Shown here: one piece after another, positions 1-12,591 of the stretch | Layout: the number at the start of each line of letters is the position of its first letter | How positions within the stretch are numbered: the stretch's first letter is position 1 | Assembly: GCF_024521635.1 (NCBI RefSeq) | Contig: NW_026250412.1 | Coordinates: forward strand, 744,001 to 808,000 | Direction: 5' to 3' | From: Tricharina praecox | Lineage: Eukaryota | DNA length: 64,000 nt | Notes under the pieces: generated by a model | The model's input: only the letters and a program-made list of their open reading frames with translations | The model's database searches: none | Told to the model about the DNA's origin: nothing | Position numbers and translations under genes: made by a program

Positions 1-1682
1 CGCCAGTCGAACGCGGTGTCGAACGCGGCGTACCATGTTGACTGTGCGGGTACGGAAACGAAGTCGATGTATTCTCGCCAGAGTTCAGCTTTGCTGACAG
101 CCATCCTCTCCTCTCCTCTTTCACGACTTCCATGATACCAATCTTCCGGACTTCAGCCATGGTGACTCCAAAGACGAGGCAAGCCAAATCGTTTGCCGCG
201 AGGATCGTCCACGGACTTTGTGCTTCCGTTGTGAAGATAGCTTGTGCGGGGGGCTGATAGCGGCTCGTGTGTCCGTGTACGGAGGATTTCCGGATCGCCG
301 CGCGTGGACCGTTGTTAGCCCCAGCAACTTCCGAAGCTAGATACGGTTGAGCCAGAGCTTCGTACAGCCTGGATTCGAGCGCTAGGGTGGTTGTGTCGGT
401 GTAGGTACGTCTCAGGCTGGGCCGCTCGGAGGGAGGTGGGGTAGTGCGACCAGTATTGTCCGATTCAGTGTTGGATCTGGATGTTTCTGCTGAGTCCGCG
501 TCGATGGGGGAGTCTGATATATGGGCGACGTCCGAGACTCTAGTGTCAAGCCGTGTTGGAGCTTTAGGTTTCGCGAAACTCTGTTCGAACGGATTGCTGT
601 CAACTCCAGCGGGTCCAGTGACAGGCCCGGTGAGCATCGGCGTCTTCTCCTCCGAAACCATGTCCGCCCTGCGCAGAAGCTCCATCATGCTCTCAACCTC
701 GGCGCCGTTCCCATCCATTTTTGCCTGTGCGGTGGCTATCAGCGGAGACCGTGTACCCCATCCCAGCTTGTCTCTCATGAATTCGATGCTCCGCTTCAGG
801 ATATTCTGTCTATTGTGGATGAGATCTTCGGACTGGTTCGCAAACGAGAAGGAGTGAAGCGACTCGGACGGAAACCTGGCGAGATCCTCGCAGGAGCCCA
901 AGGTGGAGGTGGTTCCGGGTAGCGACAACGAGTTGACACGGGTGGAGGCGACCGATGGGGAGCGAGAGGGGATCATGAATCCTTGGGGACCGCTGGCTTG
1001 TTGTCGGATACGACGTAGTCCAGAAGTATAGAGGTGGTCGCCGTCACCCAGTAGAGTGCTCCTAAGTTGACGGGCAGGCAAACGTTAACACGGGTTTGGG
1101 TTGGGCGGGCGAGGCATCAGCCCAGCAGCAACAATAAGCAAGCCGCAACAAGCAAGCAAGCAACAATCCAACCGATGCCACCCAGCAGCGTCAGCCATCC
1201 GGCCAGCCCCCCTCCCCCAAGCAGCAATGCAACCACAGCCAATCCTCAACGCACCACCCACATGCCTCAACATGGTACACAGTGCCGCAAAGGGCATGTA
1301 GGTATGTAGGTATGTTTGCTCAGGTAATCCGGAGGGGGGAAGGTGGGGCTGAGTGGGCGCTGGGCGCTGAGTGCTGGATGCTGGGTGCAGGGAGAGAAGA
1401 GTTTCACGCATGCATGCATGTACATAAGTGTACGTACCGAGAGATCGAATCCATTCCATGCCGAGGCTCTTCCGTCGGTGCATTCGCATCGACCGAGAAG
1501 CGAATCTTCGGGCGGTTGATCTGGGGTGGGCCGTCTGGGGTCGCGATCTTGCGCGCAGTCATTATTGGGGGGGTCGATTTGGGTCTGATGAGGTCGCCGA
1601 TCGAGTCCGACCCACCGCTTCCTACAATTGGTCCAACGCTCCCGTCAGTGACACAGATTCTCCGCGAGGCTGCAGCGTACAT
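1..1682 (-). CDS. PSK1: PAS-domain Ser/Thr kinase (Psk1/2, Ppk6-like), 5' part; runs off the window start
   Basis: Manual translation: exon 1682-1438, intron 1437-1062 (GTACGT...GTTAAC...TTAG, phases match), exon 1061-<1 open to the edge. Contains EDLARFPSESLHSFSFANQSEDLIHNRQNILKRSIEFMRDKLGW and AQAIFTTEAQSPWTILAANDLACLVFGVT, blocks I recognise from fungal PAS-kinase N-termini. The kinase domain lies outside the window and the start codon is uncertain. Confidence 0.75.
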
Positions 1683-4600
1683 GAAGAAGAATCCAAAACG
1701 GCATCCACCCGTCTTGACTTGGCTGTTCCGTCTTCAATCCCCGTAGACACCCAGGCCACAGAAGGCAAGAAGCAAGAAGCACCGGCGAGGCGGCAGCGAC
1801 AGTGGCAGGATATAGCTCCGTGGGGGGAAGGCAGATATTCCTGTGTGGGCTCTCTCTCTCGTTCCCTTTCTTTCTCTTCTCTCTTCTCATCTCCTCTCCT
1901 CTTCCCGTTCATGCTACTGAGGGAGAACAAACCCCGCCGACAACCAGCACACAGCCTCACCGCCGGAACATCACCAAGTCCCCCACCGCCCCACCCACAA
2001 TCGCGACAACGAACAGAACGACAGCCGAGAACGATCGCAAGGCTTACCATCAGAACCGCCGAGCGTAACCGCAAGCCCCGCCATCACTCACACGCGCGCG
2101 CGAACGAACGCACGAACAGCACTCGATCCCGACCGTTACACCCGTATCTCCGAGCAACTGTATTCTCCCGTTGATAATGTACTAGATCGTCGTGTTAATG
2201 GTGTGTTTTGCGGGGGCGGGTGGGAGGGGCGGGTGTCGGCTGGGTATTCGAAGGATCTATGTAGGAAGTACCGTTGTTGTGCGATGACGCGGGTAAGTGC
2301 AAGATTGGAGCACGAACGGGTTGGAGCAGAGAAGCGGACAGGCAGGCAAGCAAGCGCTTGTTGATCGCGAACTACTTAGAATGGCAGTGGACTGAAGTGG
2401 GGTGAAGTTGGACGATAGGCAAGGAAGGATGGGAATGGCAGAGAAACGAACTTGAGGGAGAGGGGCGAGAGAGTAGGAGGAGTGGGAGGGGAAGGGAGGG
2501 GACGGAGGAGGGGGGGCGGGAGGGGCGGGGGTTAAGCGGGGATAATAATATGAGGGAGTTGTCGCTGTGGCGAACAACGATACGTCGAACAGGTTTGATT
2601 TGATGCGCGAGTGCTGCTTCTTCCTCTTGTGCTTCTTCTGCTTTGGTTTCGGGGATTGTTGTGTGGAGGAGGTGGTGGTTCGCTGTTCGTTGTTCAAATG
2701 GGACCGGGACCGGCTGGCCGCGGTAGGGTTGGCTCAAGCAGGGCGGCTTTTCGATGCGTGGCAGGTGGCAGGCAGCAGGCAGGTAAGGTATGTAACAGGA
2801 GGGGTTTGCTGATGTTTTGATTCGGGGCTATCTACCTATCTCTCAGTGGGGTTATGCGGGGGAGCGGGAGGCGGAGCGGAGAGCGAGGAGGGGGATCGGA
2901 GGGAGGAAGAGAGAGAAATAGAAGGGGGAGAGATGGAGAGAGAGAGGAGAGCGAGACAGAGGGAGAATGAGAGATGGAATGGGAGTTGAAAGGGAGGCTG
3001 GTATTCTCTCTGCGTCTTCTTCAAGATGCGGCAGCGAACGCGAAGTGGCTGTAGACGAGATATGGTGATAATAATGGTGATGTCGCTGATGATTCCGGGT
3101 TGTGCTTATTATGGCTCACTCACGGAATCAAGTGGCTCATGATCTTCGTTTTCCCTTCCCCTTCCATCTTCCTATGCTTCTTCTTCTTTCCTTCTCGACT
3201 CAATCAAGAACCTTTAGCACCTACTCGTCCAAGAAACTCGAGCTGCGACAGATGGCGCGAATACCGTACTATACGGTAAAATACTCGGTTGCACGCACGC
3301 TACTAGTATTTCCAGTCCAGAAGAGGTAGAAGTTCTCTTAGCACTCTTATCGCGATCGCCTAGGTAAGATGGAGATGGTCAAGAGCTCCAAGACCCTTGT
3401 GGGTAGGTTTGTCTGTACTTAGGCATTCGTTCTCCACACTCCCATTCAGCTTCGTGAATGGTTCGTGATTCAGTGTGGTCATCGCAACGACTTTCCAGTG
3501 ACAGCCGTTCAAAACGGAGCGCAGAGCACAGCTGAATGAAATACAGAACACAGAATCAGCATCAGCACCCATTCACCTATTTAGCGCACCGCGCGGGAAT
3601 CACATGAATCACATGCAAAATCCAAAACCACCACCACCCCCCTTCAAACTCCAAGCCCCACGTCACCTGCCTGCCTCGCTCTCGAATCCATCGTAGAGCC
3701 GAATTGTCTGTCCTCTGCGGATCAAACCTTAATACCGTATCGCATTCCACGGCTGAATGAACGAAGCCTAGAGCACCTACCTATCCGCAAAAGCCGGCCA
3801 CGTTGCTTATACTTGGTTACTATTACCTACATCTCGATTGAAATTGCGATTGAGACATCCGTCCCGAGTGCTCCGCGATGCGCCGACACGCCTACAAACC
3901 TCCCATGCGATGGATGGCCAGTCGGGATATTCCCACCTTCGCCGCCGCCGTAGCTACTCTACTCGAGGTGATGGTGGGCTAATACCGGTTCCGCCCGACC
4001 CAGCCACCCAGTACTCTACGAGACAAACGCGATTGACTCGACTAACTACAAAACTACCTGCTTTTGATTGATTGATTGCTGCTTGCCTACCTGCTTGCAA
4101 GATCGGCGGCAGTTCGATCGTGCTGTGTATGATAACTCTACCTTCATACATACCTCTTCATATCTGCTGTTACTTGCCTGCTTGCTGCTGCTGCGGAGTT
4201 ATGTTTCCACATCCACTCCACTCCACTCTAGATACCCAGCATACCTACTGCGCATGAACGAAACAATACAGCCCTGCAGCGCCAACTGCGCCGTCCTGTA
4301 CAATGCGGTCATTCGGCATGCGATTAATTACCGCGCCTGTCGTATGTAATCTACGTGCGTGCACAGAGAGAGAGAAAGGGAGGGAGAGGTATATATGGAA
4401 TGCGAAAAGAAAAGAAAGAAGAAAAGAAGACGGGAAAAAAGAAGAAGAAGAAAAGATCTTTTCTTTTGCGCGGGGGACGAACGGATGGGTGAACGGGAGA
4501 AGGGTCAATGGGTGAACGGGAGAGGGCGAAGGGCGAAGGGAGCGAAGGGCGATGGAGGAGGCGCTGGTAATTACACACCGAATTTTGATGCTCCGCGAGG

Positions 4601-5861
4601 AGGGATATGTGATATCAATGCCCACCGCCCACCGCCTACTGCCCAGAGATTTATGTACAGTACTCGCTTGCTTACGCAGCAGCAGCAGCAGCAGACAACG
4701 CATGCTTGCGTGCTTGCACGCAGTATGTACCTATTGTTTGCACACACACTGGGGGGTGGGAAACATCCGTGTTTCGATGCCGTGGACCGTGGTGGTACGT
4801 ATCACGCGAGCTCACTCGTCCGAAGTTGGCCGGTGGGAAAATGGTTACCCACCTATCGGTGCAGTATTCTCGGTATATATGGTCCGATATGGTTCGATAC
4901 CTGCTATCCCCAGGTACTGACTGGTCGTGATAAGTGATAAGTGCAGCTCCCATGTACCAGGTCCTCGTATCGAGCTGGCTGTCTCAAGTTGGAGGAGGAG
5001 GAGGAGGAGGAGAGCTCTTTGGACTGGGTTCGGCTTTGAGATCGTCGGTAGGTGGTAGGTAGATTGTAGGTAGGTAGATGGTAGCCGGCCGGCTGTTCCG
5101 GTGCGTTCCATGACATGGAAACACCGGTATGGGGTATGTATTTACAGCAACGACCAGCCGATACCCACCGAACCATGTTGTTCATGGAGTAGTTATTGGA
5201 TACGGATTTCTTCCCATCCTCATCGGTGGCCTGAAGTAGGTTCTTTAGATTGTAGCCAGTTCTCGTGCAAGTCCATCTTCAAGGTCCCATAGGCAGTTGG
5301 ACTCCTTCAGCAGTGCTTGTTCCCACCTTTGGTTCCCCAGCCGTCAGCTCACAGACCCACCGAATTGCTCTGTATTACACCCGCGCACTGAATCCTACCG
5401 ACGCTGCCCTCTAGCTATCGTAGATTCGTAGCCGCGTCGGTAGCGCGCTTAGCCAACCAAGCCCATGTGACTCCAACCATCACTTAGCAAGGCAAGGGCG
5501 TGTCTCGCGATGGCTCCGCTCATCCAATCGATGTCAACCCTTCCGGTGATCTGAGTCAAGGGGCCCCGCCGCCCCAGGCCCTCCCAGCTGCAGATTCCCA
5601 AGATTCCGCTTTCTGCCTAGAACCTCCGAACAGGTAGGTACACCGCATCGAGTAGCGGAACTTCGCGGTAGTCTAACTATCGGGATCTGGCATAGGTAGG
5701 CACGCACGGCGGGCGAGAGTCTCCCGCCTGCCGCCGTTGCACCGGAGCAGACGGAGCAGACGGACCGCGGACACAGCGGACAGATAAGTGTAGACTCCGG
5801 CGCACGACTGAGCTCCGGGGTATTGTGGTCTTATCCTCAAGCCTGGTCATCTGACATCACA

Positions 5862-5942
5862 GATTCAGTAGTGTAGGGGTATCATGGGCGCTTGCCACCC
5901 AGCATTCTGCGCCCGACCCGGGTTCAAATCCCGGCTGAATCA
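5862..5942 (+). tRNA. tRNA-Gly(GCC) with 10-nt intron (5898-5907), copy 1
   Basis: Cloverleaf: acceptor GATTCAG/CTGAATC + A73; D arm GTGT-AGGGGTA-TCAT; anticodon stem GGCGC/GCGCC with loop TT-GCC-A^T; 4-nt variable loop; T arm CCGGG-TTCAAAT-CCCGG. Mature length 71 nt; T-run ~10 nt downstream. Confidence 0.9.
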
Positions 5943-6054
5943 TGATTCTTCTTTTGTTTTGCTCTAGTTCAAGGGGGATAGATTAGACACCGTGAGAAGC
6001 ACCACGCATCATTACAAAGTGTATCCTACACTACAGCACCATATTACGAACGCC

Positions 6055-7688
6055 CTACATCATCTCCATATCGCCGCCACCACCACCACCACCACCACGA
6101 CTACTAATCGTGTCCACTTCGACCCTATCACCAGCCCTCCGCGTGCCCGCCCCTCCTCCAACATCCGTCTTGCCAATTGCCTCGGGATGCTTCAGCTCCC
6201 AACTCCGGACAAAGTATTCGTTCGGATGGATGATAGTCTCGAGCACCGCCGGCGGTCCTCCGTTCGATACCTGTTCCTTCGCCTTCCGAATTTCCTCACG
6301 GTGTATGTGTTCGAACACACGATTGCAAGCCATGTGGAACTTTGTCACGGCGACGTCCTGGGTGACGCCTCTCAGCACGGCAGCATCCTTCACGCCCATC
6401 TGCTGGGCAAGGAACATGTTGAGATTTTCCGGCGAGAAGTGTCGGTACGGGCATCCATGGGCCTCGCCGTTTCCGGGGGGAGTCTCGGTCAGGATTTGCT
6501 GGCAGGACTTTGCGCGGTAGTTTTTGCGCTGGCCCTCGAGGCCGAAGGAGTGCCGGACATTGTACCGGTACTCTTTGTCGAATTTCTCGCTGGGCGTGCT
6601 CGAGAATGCGGTCCGCCAGAACGTCAAAGCTTCCTCCACGCTGAGGCCTATGCCTTTGAGGAACAGCCCGTATTGCAGGCGCCCGAAATGCTTGAGGTGC
6701 TTCGCCTTGCGCAGTGTTCGGTGGAGGTGCGTCATGCATGCGGGGAAGTGCTGTGATAGGCCTTCGACATCTGCTGCGGTGATGGGTGCGCCTGAAAGGA
6801 TTGATAGCTCGGAGGAGGGGTTGTATTCCGGTGCGGTGAAGCCGAGGGAGAGGTGATTTAGGATTGGGATGAGTCGGTCGTCCTCGTCGAGTCGGGGCAG
6901 AGCCCGTGCGGTCAACTCGAGGGCATGTTCTAGTTTTTTCGTGAATTCCGCCACCACGAGGGACACTTGGAGCGTCGATGGGACGTACGCTTTTCCTGCA
7001 CGCACAAACACTCGTCGCTGCTCTACCAGATCTGGAACTCGCTCCCAGTCAACCTTGAAGTAGCCATCGTCCAGTTTCTTTCCGCCGGAAGTAGCAATCA
7101 GCTGCTGGGACAGGGCGGCTTTCTCCTCGTTGGAGACCGGCTTCCAGTCCAGCTCCAGGCTGTCAACGAATTCGGTGCGCTCGTTGCCGTCATCGCTCTC
7201 GAACCGGTGCTTAAAGAGGATCGTTTCCGCCTTAGAGAAACGTCGTCGGAGGTCTTCGGAACGGGCGAATGCAAGACGCAGGATGAAATGGGAATAGTGG
7301 TCTTTCTGCCGCTGCTCGTGCAGTTGCGTGGAATGCGAGGAGTTGGAGTCGAGGTGGAGGTATTTTTTCAGCAGCGCGGCAAGAGTAATCTTCAGCTCAT
7401 CGGGGGATTTGTTTCGGTAGAGTGAAGTCTCGATTTCTTCCAGGACTATTCCAACCATTACGTTAGCATGCTTCCACCCACCTTTTCCGCAGTGCAGTTC
7501 GAGGACAATTCATTACCCCGCAGACGATCAATGGCCCATTGCTCAAACTGGTCGAGAGTTACTTCGGCAGTCGGAGGCGAGGTGTAAAAGTTCAGGCGAT
7601 GCGGGTAGTCGCTCTTGAGGTAAACCGTAGTGTTGCTGAAGTGCTTTTTTGTGGCGGACGCCTTCTTGAACTGCTCTTGACGGAACAT
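6055..7688 (-). CDS. PRI2: DNA primase large subunit
   Basis: Exons 7688-7517 and 7445-6055 (intron GTAATG...GCTAAC...ATAG). Motifs YPHRLNFY, KDHYSHFILRLAF, HFPACM, HLKHFGRLQYGLFLKGIG, HGCPYRHF, HPNEYF (Fe-S domain). Confidence 0.97.
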
Positions 7689-7745
7689 CGTGTGTGGTGT
7701 TTGGTGTTTTGGGTTTTGGTGAAGAATTGGCCCTTGGGAGTGAGG

Positions 7746-7781
7746 ACGCGTTGAGTAGATTCTTGGTCAAGGGGAACGCGT
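7746..7781. promoter_or_regulatory. Two MCB (MluI cell-cycle box, ACGCGT) elements upstream of PRI2
   Basis: ACGCGT at 7746-7751 and 7776-7781, 58 and 88 bp upstream of the PRI2 ATG; a third at 8230-8235. Typical of MBF-regulated replication genes. Confidence 0.7.
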
Positions 7782-10700
7782 TCGCCAAGACGGAGCTTAT
7801 GTGAGTCATATCTTATCACCCGCTACGCCATATCCTTTGCGTCCCGCCGGCACCCCCGAAGGCCCATATCGGAGGCTGCTGCATCGAGCCGGGTTTCGGG
7901 ACCCTATCGGGTCTATAGCCGGACTGCAGACGGTGTCTATTGCCATGATAGCTGAGTGTGTACTAAGATCACATGCAATCAATGATTAAACAAACAAACT
8001 AGCAGTCTACCCGTAAATAAATTACCGACAGACAGGAGTGAAACAAGCAGATCGCCCCTTGGTTGCTGGTGAAGATGCTTATACACCTTTGACATTGGTA
8101 GAGGGCCACTCATGAGTAATCACTCACCATGTACGAAGAACCGCGACACCTATGCAGTTTTCTACTGGGATGACAGCATACCAGCATTCCGGAAAGTGAA
8201 GGAATTTGCAGGCTGCAATTAACGGCCCCACGCGTCTCGGGGATAAACGAGAAGAGCTACAGGCACCCAGAGAGCAAAGAGTGGAGTAGCGACTAAAGCG
8301 CCTCGACTAAAGATCCTGAGTGTTGTGCCTGTTCATAGGATTTTGGGGAATCAACTTTGCTGTCGGGGGAAACTCCTTCTGACTACCACGGTTAAGTTAG
8401 GAAGTAGTAAATATGGCAGCCAGTGCGCTCGACGACTACATCACCTGCTGCTCACCGTGCAGCACGGGTTGGGATATAGGTTACATACGCCTACGCCTGT
8501 TGATTGTTGAGGCACGCAAGTGGATCACCATGCTGCCTTTCGGTTACCGGTGTACCCGGACTTCCAGAGCAGATGCAACATGACGTTCACATCTTGGTCG
8601 TCAGGTGCACTGATTGCCGAGTGTTCGGGCCGGCCTTTCAGCTTGTAGGTCTACCGTCGAGGTAAATACCACGCACTTACGCGGGAGTTGGCTAGCGAGC
8701 TTGCAAATCCACCATGGAAGCTGGTGCGATGGTACGTGACCGTGATGAGCGTATCCGTAATCGTGGGTTTGTTCTATGTACCCCCAACTAAACCCACCGC
8801 TCTTGATCAGAAGAAAGTGTCGGGTTTAACTACTCAATTCCGCAATCTCTCGCTCCGCCGCTACTAACCTCCATTCACCGCTGCCACCGCCACTTGCGCC
8901 GTTATATCTGTTTTCCGCTGGCGATCATGATCCAGGCCGGTCTCGATCGAGGTTGTTGGCTTGATGCTAGTGGGTGTCCGCTCATCCTCTGGGTTTTCCG
9001 CGACTTTACTCTGCCGCCTCGCTGCAATCCCAACCACATGCATCTTGAAAATATTCCCCGGTAGCGATGGGGCTAAGTAGACCTAAAGCGGATGAAAGTT
9101 GTCGATTCAAGGGCCGAAAAGCGGCCACTATTTAGAGCATGGATAACTGCGGGGTGCATCAGACATCTGAAATAAGCGCCCTGCGCTGGAATCTGGATAG
9201 CTAAAAATAGCGCCGAATTTGTCGGCGCTTCGAGGTTTCGGGTGGAGGGGCTTAGGCCCTGGTTCCGATTCCCATCATCCTACCCTTCTATCTTCGGTGC
9301 TCCTGTCAGCACTGCTACGTACTAGAACCGGGAATGATCGCGGTCGCTGTGATGTGTATGGCCGATGGATGTTGGTGTCTGGAGCTCGAGCATGAGGCCG
9401 TACCGTACTGCGTCAAGATTCAAGAGGCAGTGTCCACTGTCAGCGCCCTAAGGTGGATGCGTCCGGTGAACCGAACAAAGAGCCCTTCCCACGACAGAAC
9501 ATCAACAAAGAACCCCCCACCATCGAAACATTTTATGTATATTGGTACTCTACTACCTAGTAGGGCGTTGCAACTAGACCACATCTCAGCCGCAGTCCGT
9601 CGTCGTAACGGTCTTCGAGAAAAATTGGTGCGGATGAAACGGCTGGACTCCAGAGATGGGTTTGGAGATAGGTCTTCTACAATTGTATGATACCGGCACT
9701 GCACTCGGAATCCTCGCTAGAGAACTAGAGTACGCCCACATGTCCTTGAGTCGATCACATAAACCCGGGTTGTTCGCTAGATTTCACAGGCGTACAATAT
9801 ACGACCTCGAATCCGCGCCGCCGTGAAGTCGTTTTTATGTTTAAACCACAGCATGCCACGCTGCGGCTAAACACCTCTAATTATAAACTGCGGCAGACGC
9901 CAAGATTCAAGTGCGGCTGTGGGGGAGCTTCCTTCTAAGAATCTAAGTTCTCGCATGTCCGAGCCGCGGGGGTAGGCCTCCCGCAGGTAGGCGTCGGCGC
10001 TATGAATAGAAATTCCATGTTTAGGGCCGCTTACCTAGCTTGCTTCAAACCCAACGCTGGTGTGTTGCGAATATTCATCACGAAAATGTAGGAGACAACG
10101 CCTTCGGGATCCATGAAGAAATTTGCTGATGCTACGGTACCTGAAGGTTCTGCGCATCTGCGTGTCTGGAACCAGTGATGCTCTCTACGATATGGGACAA
10201 CGGAGAAAGCACTGGAACTTGTTTATTGGGCTCGGGCTACCATATAGGGACTGGGCAATATACAACTTGGCAGACGAGATATCTGTTGAGCGAGTCTGAA
10301 GGAAACATGTCGCCTTGAGTATTCTATTCCGCCATCGACATCAGGTACATACATTGGAACTCTTCCTGGCGTAGTTAGAGGCCATGATATGGGCGAACGT
10401 CCTTGTCGAATGGCACAGCATCACCGTAAAACATGCTGACTAGTAGTTTCAACTTTGTATGCTTGACGTCTGACAATGTCCCAAGGATCATCCGGGCTGA
10501 CCGTGAAACAAACATTTTTGCGGGACGACACCTGTACACTACTCCGTCAATGATGAAGCACTGATGGCAAAATCCGGGCCGTAACGGTCACTGCAGGTGT
10601 AAAGCGAGTGCTATATATAATTATCGGCATGGTATGCAAATATGTGGGCTATGCCCTCGAACCCAGTTAAAGTCATCTTCAGACCTGCCATAGACTTCGA

Positions 10701-12591
10701 AAACTCATTGGCTTGCATCCATCACAGCATTTCCTGATCTCGATTCATTCGTCGCTAGCACACCCTCCTCCTCCTCCTCCTCCTCCTTGACGTCGTACAG
10801 GAGATACACACCTACTCGAGATACTCCCAGGACATCCATTCGCGGAAGGCTGAATTGACTGGCTGCATATCCTCATTGCTGTCTCTCTGGAGGGGAGCCG
10901 TACAGTCCTCATGGACAGCTGCTCTCCTCACCAGCCGACGAGTCGAGCTCACTAATGTATCTGCTGAATGTGTTGAAGACAGGCCCAGCAACCCCAATCG
11001 TCGTTCTCCTTTGCCTTAGGAAATGAACATCCTAGGCAGCATATAGGAGGCATCAGCCAGCTTACCCACCCGTACGTCCGCTCTCGCATCATCGGAGAGT
11101 TGTGATGCGCTATCGAGTGTATGGCAAGACGTGCCATTCGGATGCGGGCCACCAATGCAAGCCCAATGGCCACCGACGAAGGCACAGTGATAGCCAGCCA
11201 TCCCACGAAAGTGGCGAATGACTTTCACACAGACTTCGCACGCTCTTGCGGACGGCGACGGTAGGCGAAGCATGCTGGACATTATTGTATGTACGTAAGC
11301 GCCTTCGGAGAAACTGGTCGGAGTAGTTAGCCAAGTGCATTACTTTCGGAAATTTGGGGCTGTTCGAAGTGATGGTATTGAGAACGCGCAGGGCGAGAAG
11401 TCGCATCCCCGTGGGGCCAGAAGACGTGAGAAAATCGTCGTCCACGCAAACCTGGAAAGGTGTTGCAGGTCTGAATCTCCAGCTCTCTCCACTCCTGATG
11501 CTGTGCAATCCTTGGCACCAAGTCTTGTGGCTAGAAATGTCGCTGAAGAAATGATAATCGGCCAACTCGGTTCCCATAACTACTTGAAGCAAGTAAGTAC
11601 ATACTTGGCTGCACACTTGCACTGAGGGAGAGGATGCGGGATCACGGTGTCCAACCTTAGATGGCCTCCGATTCCCCGTACTCCCGAAAAGCGGCCCAAA
11701 TTCTCCATGACTTTTAACCTAGCAGGGAGCACTGCCGACAGCCTCACGCCTGCTTCGCGCTTCGGTCTGACACAACCCAGCGAACCCATCCCCCCCCTAA
11801 CGATCCCAGCCAACTAGAGTACAACACTGGGCAATACCCCTCCTCTGCCTCTGCTCCTCCGCTTGCTCTGAACATCTTTAGGACTCTTCCCACCTCCATC
11901 ACTGAGGATCCCACGTCCTCGTACCGATCTTTCTGTGTACTTTTTAAACCTTTGAGATATTGCGGAAACTCGACAACCTCATCCTCCTCCTAAACTCCAC
12001 TTCCTCTTCCCCATCGGCCCCCCTCCCCCAATCTCACGGCCGCAACTACCCACCGCAAGGCCGGCCACAACACCACCGTCCACCCATCGTACCACTGCCG
12101 GTGGAGAAGCATTCTTACGATACAATCTCTCCCATATATACGTGCCGGCCGGCTGCTCTGAGCTCCCGGCTCTAACTAAAGTCGACTGCCACCCCTCACT
12201 AAGCTCGCCGCCCGCACTACTTTCCCGACCACGCAACACGTCCGTTATCCCTGCTGGAGGGAGTGGAACTGCGTCGCGATAACCCACACATCTGCTTGTG
12301 AGAAGCAACAATATTACGGAGCGTCTGTACATTCTGTCGTTCTTGAGTCAGCTGAAAAGGTAAAAGCCTTCTCCTCCCCACCCCCTGGCTTTGTGTAACC
12401 GTCGCCACCATGGATAGAACGGCGGCCGATGAGCGGGTGGGCATTTTGCTGATCGTCCAAGAACGTTCGCTCCGCCCACACATCTGTCGAGTTTATAAGG
12501 CCACTGCCCTCCCACGTTTTTGAACCGGACCGCCTCACATAGGCAGCCTTTGTAACCCTATCCCACATCGCCCCCCTTCGCCTCTATTACG

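Noticed and set aside
444..922. + strand ORFs of 137 and 133 aa
   Set aside because: Antisense shadows of the minus-strand PAS-kinase exon, which the ORF track missed because it runs off the edge.
1750..5800. Many 60-250 aa ORFs
   Set aside because: Low-complexity translations of microsatellite and purine/pyrimidine tracts; no domains or coherent splice models.
9209..9229. 8-bp hairpin AGCGCCGA/TCGGCGCT as a Helitron end
   Set aside because: No CTRR terminus at the expected distance and no Rep/helicase remnant; plausible by chance.
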